Assembly (NCBI GenBank): GCA_963733195.1
Contig: CAVTCR010000052.1
Span: 1-64,000 of the forward strand
From: an uncultured delta proteobacterium
GTDB taxonomy: Bacteria > Desulfobacterota > Binatia > Bin18
Length of the DNA stretch: 64,000 bases
Reading direction: 5' to 3'
The translations under genes and the position numbers were made by a program. The number at the start of each line of letters is the position of its first letter. Position 1 is the stretch's first letter. Positions 56,441 to 64,000 of this stretch are shown here, in pieces. The notes beneath the pieces were generated by a model. It had not been told where the DNA came from. It made no database searches and saw only the letters and a program-made list of their open reading frames with translations.

Positions 56441-56685
56441 CGCGCACCGACTTCATTACTACTAGTGAGATTGCAACATATCTCCGCGTCAGCGAGCATC
56501 ACGTGTACCGTCTTGTGCACGAGCGAGGGCTACCAGGGAGACGTGTCAAGGGGCGATGGGTTTTTCGCCAAAGTCTTGTGGAGCAGTGGGTGTACAAACA
56601 TTTGCAATCCAGGAGCCTCGATCTCGTGCGATCAATTGAGGCAAGAAAAACCTTACGAGCCGTCTCCCATCGAGGCGATTCCTGA
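56437..56685 (+). CDS. Stand-alone excisionase-type HTH (HTH_17) protein
   Basis: T.EIATYL.V..VYRL...LPG.RV.G.W.F; ATGA overlap with upstream stop. Confidence 0.85.
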   Translation: MTRTDFITTSEIATYLRVSEHHVYRLVHERGLPGRRVKGRWVFRQSLVEQWVYKHLQSRSLDLVRSIEARKTLRAVSHRGDS

Positions 56686-56812
56686 AAATCCTGCGGCCTT
56701 GCTCGGATTGACGGGCGTGGAGAGTTGAAGGGGCTCCTCGCAATGACCCCTACTCTCGGGTTTGCAGATACGCTTTCAGCCAACGATCACAGGTTGATAA
56801 AGTTCTTCTTCT

Positions 56813-56837
56813 ACTATATGTCCGATCAGCATAACGA
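56813..56837. promoter_or_regulatory. Second ModE-like box upstream of coxS
   Basis: ACTATATG-N9-CATAACGA; right half identical to the 50711 box. Confidence 0.5.
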
Positions 56838-56954
56838 CCCACTTTGTGAAGTCTGACTGCCAAACTCCAGACATTGGAATCTACTGAAGCGCAGGTCGCT
56901 AATCACTCGTGAGCAAACCCAAGTCGACGAAAAACGGAAAACGCTACAGCGCGA

Positions 56955-57452
56955 ATGGAGAACAGGGTGACAAGGACAGTAACGATCTCAGTGAATGGCC
57001 AAGCGTATACGAATGAGGTTGAACCCCGTCTATTGCTCGTTCATTACTTGCGTGACGTTTTGAGCCTGACCGGCACACACGTCGGGTGTGAAACCAGCCT
57101 GTGTGGAGCATGTACTGTTATCCTCAACGGACAAGCAGTGAAGTCCTGTACCGTGCTGGCAGTGCAAGCCGATGGCGGTGAGGTTCTGACCGTTGAAGGA
57201 CTGGAAAAAGACGGAAAGCTGCATCCGTTGCAAGACGGTTTCTGGGAAGAGCACGGATTGCAGTGTGGATTCTGCACGCCTGGGATGATTATGGCTTCGT
57301 ATCAACTCTTGCAGCGACATCCCAATCCGACAGAAGAACAAATCCGTCACGGACTTGAAGGCAACCTGTGCCGCTGCACGGGGTATCAACATATTGTGAA
57401 GGCAGTGCAACATGCGGCGAAGACAATGCAAAATGCAAGAATGATGAATTGA
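56955..57452 (+). CDS. coxS: CoxS-like 2x[2Fe-2S] subunit
   Basis: [26 protein letters not shown]. Confidence 0.93.
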   Translation: MENRVTRTVTISVNGQAYTNEVEPRLLLVHYLRDVLSLTGTHVGCETSLCGACTVILNGQAVKSCTVLAVQADGGEVLTVEGLEKDGKLHPLQDGFWEEHGLQCGFCTPGMIMASYQLLQRHPNPTEEQIRHGLEGNLCRCTGYQHIVKAVQHAAKTMQNARMMN

Positions 57453-57528
57453 AGACAGAATTCCTTTTTCCATTTTCAATTTTGCATTCTTAATTTTTAA
57501 TTCTTCATTCTCGCGAAGCGAGGAAACT

Positions 57529-59885
57529 ATGCCAATTACCCCCAAGATGGTTGGAACACGTATCAAACGGCGCGAAGATCCCACGTCTCATTACCGGCCA
57601 GGCAACCTACACCGATGATCTGCAACTCACGGGAATGCTGTACATGAGTGTGCTGCGGAGCATCTACGCACACGCCAAGATCAACAGCATCGATACCAGC
57701 CAAGCCAAACAGCTTCCTGGTGTTGTCACCGTCTTGACTGCGCCGGATATCGCCGGCCAGACGGATGCCGTGCCCACTGCGGCTGAAGTCCCAGGGATGA
57801 AACGACCACATCATCCGCTCTTAGCCGAGGGCAAGGTCCGCTATGTTGGCGAACCAGTAGCGGTCGTTGTCGCTACCAGTCGCGCTATGTCGCACGTGAC
57901 GCGCTTGACTTGATTGACGTAGACTATGATCCGCTCGATGCCGTCGTTGATCCTGAGCGGGCTCTCGAAGCCGACGTACCTCTCCTGCACGAAGCATTCG
58001 GCGATAACATTGTCTTTCGTGTGGAACAAGCCTAACCCGGCAGTCGATCAAGCCCTGAAAGAGGCCGACGTCGTCGTCAAGTTACGAATCGTCCAGCAGC
58101 GCTTGATTCCCATGGCGATGGAACCGCGCGTGACTGTCGCGCAGTGGGACCGTGCCATGAAACACCTCACGGTCTGGTCTGCCACCCAAGCTCCTCATCT
58201 CATGCGTACGCAACTGGCAGAAGTGCTTCGCGTTCCCAGAACATCACGTACGAGTGATTGCTCCAGAAGTCGGCGGCGGGTTCGGCGCCAAACTCAACAT
58301 CTATCGAGAAGAGATTCTGGTCCCGTATCTCGCTATGAAATTGGGCAAACCGATCAAATGGACCCAGACGCGACGTGAGGATTTTGCTGCAACCATTCAC
58401 GGTCGTGGACAGGTGCAGTACATCGAGGCTGCAGCTAAGAAAGATGGAACTGTCACTGCCATCAAGGCGAAACTTATTTTCGATCTCGGTGCGTATCTCC
58501 AATTCTTCACTCCGATGATTCCCGGCTTCACCGGCCTGTTGATGAACGGGGCGTATAAAATCCCAGCCTTGAGTTTCGAGCAGATCGCCGTGTTTACCAA
58601 CAAAATGGCGACCGACGCCTACCGTGGTGCCGGTCGGCCTGAGGCTGCCTTTATTGCTGAGCGCGTGATGGACGCTGTCGCGACTGAACTGAAACTCGAC
58701 CCGGTTGAGGTGCGACGCAAGAACTTTATTCCTAAAGAGGCGTTCCCGTACACCAACCCGACAGGACTGGTGTATGACAGTGGCGACTATGAAGCGGCGC
58801 TCAACAAAGCCCTTCAGATGGTCGATTATGCCGCCTTACGCCAGGAACAAGCAGAGTTACGTACGCAAGGTCGTTACCTTGGTATTGGTATCGCCTCATA
58901 TATTGAAATCTGTGGCCTTGGCCCCTCCGTGTTGTTGCCGCCAAAACTCAAAGCCGGTGGGTGGGAAAGCTGCACAGTTCGCGTTGACCCGTCAGGCAAA
59001 GTAACCGTCCTGACCGGCATCTCTCCACACGGACAAGGCCAAGAAACGAGCTTCGCACAGATGGTTGCCGATGAACTTGGCGTCGATATCGATGATGTCG
59101 TCGTGCTTCATGGTGACACTGCACTGGTGCAATATGGCGTGGGCACGTTCGGCAGCCGTGGGATGGCACTGGGCGGAACCTCATTATTGATGTCACTGAA
59201 CAAAGTCAAAGACAAGGCGCGGAAGATCGCTAGTCACATGATGGAAGCGCCGCCTGAGAGTCTTGAGTTTGGCGACGGCAAGGTTTTTCTCAAGAATGAT
59301 GAAACCAAGGCCATTGCCTTTCAGCAGGTTGTCGAAGCTGCATACGGATTCAAAGCCGGTGTTCCGAACATCGAGCCCGGCCTGGAAGCGACCAGTTTCT
59401 ATGAGCCTTCTAACTGCTTGTTTCCTTTCGGTACCCACATCGCGGTAGTCGAAGTCGATGCCGAAACTGGGGACATCCAATTCCGCCGCTATATAGCGGT
59501 TGATGACTGCGGCAACATCATCAACCCGATGTTAGTCGAAGGGCAAGTACATGGCGGAATCGCGCAAGGAGTTGCGCAAGCGCTGTATGAAGAAGTGGTT
59601 TACGACGAAAACGGACAATTGCTGTCAGGTTCGCTGATGGATTATGCCGTGCCCAAAGCCGCGATGATGCCGTGGATGGAACTCGACAACACGGTCACTC
59701 CCACACCCGTGAACCCCCTTGGCGTGAAGGGCGTTGGCGAGGCTGGAACGATTGGTTCCACGCCAGCCGTGGTCAATGCCGTGCTTGATGCGCTTGCTCC
59801 GTTTGGGGTGAAGAATATCGACATGCCGCTACGACCAGAACGAGTGTGGCGAGCGATTCAAGAAGCTAAAGGAGGTCAGGCGTGA
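57529..59885 (+). CDS. coxL: Xanthine oxidase family molybdoprotein large subunit (CoxL form II-like), frameshifted
   Basis: VGGGFG, AYRGAGRPEA, HGQGQET, GQVHGG, KGVGEAG. Confidence 0.88.
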
Positions 59886-60847
59886 TTCCGGCAACATTTG
59901 CATACTACACTCCTCAGTCTGTGAACGAGGCTTTAACGTTGCTTGGTCAGTATGGCGACGATGCCAAGATTCTTGCCGGTGGTCACAGTTTGTTGCCCGC
60001 GCTCAAGCTCCGTCTCTCATCGGTTGGGCATCTGATCGATATTGGTCGCATTGCCGATCTTGCCTACATAAAGGAAGATCAAGGCAAGCTCTGTCTTGGA
60101 GCACGAACCAGCCACTATCAGGTGGAATCATCCTCCCTCGTACAACAGAAATCTCCACTACTTGCCGAGTGCGCGAGCAACATTGGTGATGTGCAAGTGC
60201 GCAATCGTGGAACGTTGGGCGGCAGTCTCGCTCATGCCGATCCCGCGGCGGATTATCCTGCGGCGATTCTCGCGTTAGAGGCAGAGATTCACGCCGTGAG
60301 TAATGGCGGAAAGCGGGTGATTAAAGCTGAGGATTTTTTCGTTGACATGCTTACCACTGCCCTCCAGGCAGGGGAGATCATTACTGAAGTCCGTATTACG
60401 CCTTCTGCCGCGAAAACCGGGAGCGTCTATCTCAAAGTGCCACAACCAGCGTCAGGCTTTGCTGTCGTCGGTGTTGCGGCCCTTGTCACGCTTGACGCGA
60501 GTGGCAAATGTGCCAAAGTCCGCGTCGGAGTCACCGGAGCAGCGGCCAAAGCATTTCGCGCCAAAGATACTGAAGCTGCGTTGACCGGAAAAACGCCAGA
60601 TGAAAAAACTTTGGCACAAGCGGCAGCGCAATCCACCAATGGCATCGACGCGAATGGGGATATTTTTGCTTCTGCCGAGTATCGTACTCATCTCGTGCAG
60701 GTGTACACCAAGCGAGCATTGGCGAAGGCGGTTGAAAGAGCAAAAGACGTAAAACTGCTACACAATCGTGATCACGCATTACGTAACGCGGGTGGCCTTA
60801 GCGTGTTGCATGTTACGCTGTTACGCTGTACATGTAGCGTTCTATGA
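59882..60847 (+). CDS. coxM: CoxM-like FAD subunit (C-terminus runs into a repeat patch; true end may be ~60755)
   Basis: AGGHSLLP, QVRNRGTLGGS, AEYR. Confidence 0.9.
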   Translation: MIPATFAYYTPQSVNEALTLLGQYGDDAKILAGGHSLLPALKLRLSSVGHLIDIGRIADLAYIKEDQGKLCLGARTSHYQVESSSLVQQKSPLLAECASNIGDVQVRNRGTLGGSLAHADPAADYPAAILALEAEIHAVSNGGKRVIKAEDFFVDMLTTALQAGEIITEVRITPSAAKTGSVYLKVPQPASGFAVVGVAALVTLDASGKCAKVRVGVTGAAAKAFRAKDTEAALTGKTPDEKTLAQAAAQSTNGIDANGDIFASAEYRTHLVQVYTKRALAKAVERAKDVKLLHNRDHALRNAGGLSVLHVTLLRCTCSVL

Positions 60848-61389
60848 AAATCAGTGGCACCCAAACATTTCCCGCTCCTCGTCAAAAAGTCTGGGAGTTT
60901 CTTATTGACCCACAACGTATAGCCAAGTGTATGCCGGGCTGTGAAAAGCTCGAAGCAGTGGGGGAAAATGAATATAGCAGTCAGATCAATGTTGGTCTAG
61001 CCGCCGTCAAAGGTGTCTACACCGGCAAAGTGAAGCTCGACGAGATGCAACCGCCGTCGCACTATAAAATGTTGATCGACGGCAAAGGCAAGCAAGGCTT
61101 CATCAAGGGCAGCGGTATGCTTGATCTTGAAGAGCAGAACGGACAGACGCTACTCAAGTACAGCGGTGACATTCAGGTCGGCGGTCCGCTTGCCAGTGTT
61201 GGGCAACGGATGATCGACGGTGCGGCCAAGATGATGATTGGCCAATTTTTCACAGCAATGGAGGCCGAGATCCAAGCCATGCCAGGAGAGGAGGTGCGGC
61301 AGGGCGCTGCCATCAATTTTTGGCGCTACCTCATCAAGATCATCCGAGAGTGGTTCACCTCGCTGTCGGGGAAAAAGACCACTTCATAA
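60844..61389 (+). CDS. coxG: CoxG / SRPBCC protein
   Basis: VWEFL.DP..CMPGC, GGPLASVGQRMI. Confidence 0.88.
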   Translation: MKISGTQTFPAPRQKVWEFLIDPQRIAKCMPGCEKLEAVGENEYSSQINVGLAAVKGVYTGKVKLDEMQPPSHYKMLIDGKGKQGFIKGSGMLDLEEQNGQTLLKYSGDIQVGGPLASVGQRMIDGAAKMMIGQFFTAMEAEIQAMPGEEVRQGAAINFWRYLIKIIREWFTSLSGKKTTS

Positions 61390-61399
61390 GCTTCACCTT

Positions 61400-61600
61400 G
61401 GGCGAAAAGGTGAAAAGGGACAAAGATGAAAAGGAACAGGGGAAATACGTATCTGCCCTTTCTCTGTTTCCCTGTTCTCCTTTTTTCGACTCCAGACTCC
61501 TAGACGCCTAGACTTTCCTAGACTGTTTTCTCCGTTTCGCCATTTCCCTTTTACTCCAAGTCTTATTCTTTTCCCCATTGACCCTTTTGCCCATTTATCC
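61400..61600. repeat. Mosaic 7-8-mer repeat patch
   Basis: aaaagg(t/g)ga units, gactcca/gactcct/gacgcct units, pyrimidine-rich inverse. Confidence 0.65.
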
Positions 61601-61602
61601 CA

Positions 61603-62301
61603 ATGGATCTTCTAGTCACCGGCACCAAGCACGCCTTCTGGCTACTTCTTTCCGGCGACCCTGAAGTCTGGCGGATCACTTTTCTTTCTCTCCAGATCTC
61701 ACTGACAGCTACACTTATTAGTTTGCTCGTCGGCATTCCGCTCGGAACACTCCTCGCACTGACTGAGTTTCCTGGCCGCCGTTTCGTGCTGAGCCTCGTC
61801 AACACAGGGATGAGTTTGCCGCCGGTAGTGGTCGGACTCTTTGTCACCATTTTTTTGTGGCGCAGTGGGCCGTTGGGCTTTCTCCGGCTGCTCTACACAC
61901 CAACAGCGATGGTACTTGCACAAGTCGTGATTGCTGCGCCGATCGTTACCGGCCTTACGGTAGCGGCAATCCAACAACTCAATCCGAAGCTACGCCTCCA
62001 AATTCTCGCGCTCGGCGCGTCACGGGCACAGCTGGTGTGGCTGTTGCTACGTGAGGCCCGGTTACCGTTGTTAGCTGCGGTGATGGCCGGATTTGGTGGC
62101 GTCATCTCCGAAATTGGCGCATCGATGATGGTTGGCGGCAACATTCTTGGTCACACCCGTGTCCTCACTACAGCAACTGTGATGGAAACCAGCAAGGGGA
62201 ATTTTGATATTGCCATTGCACTGAGTGTGATCCTCCTGTTGCTGATTTTCGCCGTGAATGCGCTGCTCACTTACATACAGCAACGACGACGACCACTGTA
62301 G
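61603..62301 (+). CDS. tupB: Tungstate ABC transporter permease
   Basis: LPPVVVGL, RSGPLG, SEIGASMMVGGNI, TRVLTTA. Confidence 0.92.
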   Translation: MDLLVTGTKHAFWLLLSGDPEVWRITFLSLQISLTATLISLLVGIPLGTLLALTEFPGRRFVLSLVNTGMSLPPVVVGLFVTIFLWRSGPLGFLRLLYTPTAMVLAQVVIAAPIVTGLTVAAIQQLNPKLRLQILALGASRAQLVWLLLREARLPLLAAVMAGFGGVISEIGASMMVGGNILGHTRVLTTATVMETSKGNFDIAIALSVILLLLIFAVNALLTYIQQRRRPL

Positions 62302-62314
62302 CGTAGACACGGCA

Positions 62315-62728
62315 CTATTGCTGCTTCTCCGCAGCTTCGAGCTGAGCAATGACCCGACGAATCTGTACGCGAGCGGCAACGTTCATACCAAGGACGTAGA
62401 CGGCTGTGCGTCCGATAGGAGTCAGCCCAAGAATGAATCCGTCATCCTCAAGACGAAAGTGTGTACTCCAGACGTCGGTGCGGGGATTGAAGAGTCGCGT
62501 CAATTCACCAGTGTCAGGGTCGATGCCGGAAAGATTCGGTCCCTTCTTGTTATTGCAGAGGTGACAAGCGAAGGCGAGGTTTTCCAGTTCATCAGGCCCG
62601 CGATGCTGTCGGGCAATGATATGTTCGATGTGAAAGGCGAAATCGGGATAATAACGTTGGTGAACTCTGCAATACTCACAACGACTTTCAGCTCGCTGGC
62701 GAACGAGTTGTTTGGTTTCGTCATCCAT
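62315..62728 (-). CDS. HNH endonuclease
   Basis: CEYC, HIEHII, NLAFACHLCN.KKG, LFNPR..W. Confidence 0.9.
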   Translation of the reverse strand: MDDETKQLVRQRAESRCEYCRVHQRYYPDFAFHIEHIIARQHRGPDELENLAFACHLCNNKKGPNLSGIDPDTGELTRLFNPRTDVWSTHFRLEDDGFILGLTPIGRTAVYVLGMNVAARVQIRRVIAQLEAAEKQQ

Positions 62729-62997
62729 TACGAGGTTCGTGAGCTGGAGGCACACGCGCGGGCCTTTAATCGCAGAAGCGCCACAAAGTCCATAAGCTCA
62801 ATGTAAGTGTCGTACTCTTTGGCTTCAGCGGCATTCAGCATGCCTTCATTGGCCTTTTCGGCCAACTCATCAAGCCGAGCCTGAAAGTCAGCGTGAGGTT
62901 CTGGGAGTTCCGCGAAATGCTGTGCCAACTCGGGGGTGAAGCCCCGCGTCAGATGATCAACAAATCGTTCAAGCGTGGTATCGATCGGCTGGTCCAT
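62728..62997 (-). CDS. Small antitoxin-like partner of the HNH gene
   Basis: Q.RLDEL.EKANEG.L...E..EY pattern; TAATG coupling. Confidence 0.7.
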   Translation of the reverse strand: MDQPIDTTLERFVDHLTRGFTPELAQHFAELPEPHADFQARLDELAEKANEGMLNAAEAKEYDTYIELMDFVALLRLKARACASSSRTS

Positions 62998-63145
62998 GGG
63001 ATTTGTCGTATCACGTCAGGATGGCAACAGTCAAAAGGGTTTCGATTCAGCGACGTCGCGTAATGGCGCGTGTCAGGTGACAAGAACACGTGCCCATACT
63101 AAAAGAAGACAGAGGAGCGGAAGTCAGTCAAAAGGAAGACGCGTC

Positions 63146-64000
63146 ATGACGTTCGATGAAGTGCTCGCCCAAGTCGAAGCCCTGCTACAGCAGGAGAAGC
63201 GGCTTTCCTACCGGGGCTTAAAGCGGCGGTTTGCGCTGGATGACGAGTATCTGGAAGACCTCAAGGAAGAACTCATCGGTGCCAAGCAGATCGCGACTGA
63301 TGAGGACGGTCGATTTCTGGTCTGGATAGGCGGAGGGGCGGAGGGGGAAACGGCGAAAAGGGGCGAAAGGGGAAAAAGCGAAGAAGACCAGTCGCAGACC
63401 TCCGGACATCTCGGACTCCGACGACCGAGTCCTGACCGCCGAACGGCGGCAGTTGACCGTGATGTTCTGTGACTTGGTGGATTCGACTGCGCTCTCTGCG
63501 CAACTCGATCCCGAAGAGCTACGCGAGGTCGTGCGCGCCTATCAAGAGACCTGTACCGAGGTGATCCGGCGCTACGACGGGCATATTGCCCAGCACTTGG
63601 GCGATGGCTTGTTGGTCTACTTCGGCTATCCCGTTGGCGCATGAAGACGATGCGGCCCGCGCCGTGCGGGCGGGGTTAGAAATTATTTCAGCGATTGCAA
63701 GAACAGGTTCCCTGTTCCCTCTCGCGGGAACAACAGGATAAGGGAACCAGGGTGAAGGCCAACTCCACAGTCCGCATCGGCATTCACACCGGATTAGTCG
63801 TCATTGGCGAGATCGGCAGCAGTGAGAAACGCGAAATCCTTGCTTTGGGCGAAACACCGAACATTGCCGCTCGGCTCCAGGGCTTGGCTGAACCTGACAC
63901 GGTGGTGCTCAGTGCGGTCACGCAGCGGTTGGTATCAGGCTTGTTTGAGTGCCGGGAGCTGGGACCACCAGACACTCAAAGGCATCTCTACCCCGCTGGC
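63146..64000 (+). CDS. Class III cyclase-(AAA-TPR) protein, 5' part, runs off the window, frameshifted
   Basis: [46 protein letters not shown]; paralog of 46256. Confidence 0.88.

Noticed and set aside
56437-56685. Excisionase implying a prophage or ICE
   Set aside because: No integrase, phage genes or tRNA att site seen; it resembles the TaoR-type HTH
56690-56950. Moco/Tuco riboswitch upstream of coxS
   Set aside because: I could not identify the conserved elements by eye; an Rfam/Infernal scan would be needed
12432-64000. Many frameshifts read as pseudogenisation or programmed frameshifting
   Set aside because: Single-base indels are scattered over conserved genes with almost no in-frame stops and no consistent slippery sites, which is typical of long-read error

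Overview
This is a ~55% GC bacterial window with many single-base indels splitting otherwise conserved genes, most likely long-read assembly error. The gene content is reminiscent of Binatia/delta-proteobacteria (inference). 1-21.3 kb holds housekeeping and accessory genes (GATase, PHP, thiD, ptsP, radical SAM, HU, queE, SDR, VOC, MFS, comM, LLM, MBL, CoA-transferase) plus a PaeR7I/XhoI-like type II R-M pair. 26-62.3 kb is a large tungsten/molybdenum-enzyme island: TaoR-like regulator, tupA, tupB, two MoeA, two AORs, a Cys-type FDH operon (NuoEF fusion, MobA-MoaD fusion, AOR, FdhA), a split selenocysteine FDH with in-frame UGA and a SECIS-like hairpin, short ModE with candidate boxes, and coxSLMG-like genes. 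The most unusual protein is a TauE/SafE (TSUP) permease fused in frame to a signal-less TupA-type tungstate-binding domain. Three class III cyclase-TPR loci, each with small TA-like/HNH/protease neighbours, punctuate the region. One of them is bracketed by a 24-bp GTAG-REP direct repeat. REPs and 7-8-mer repeat patches are pervasive and are often translated in frame in linkers.
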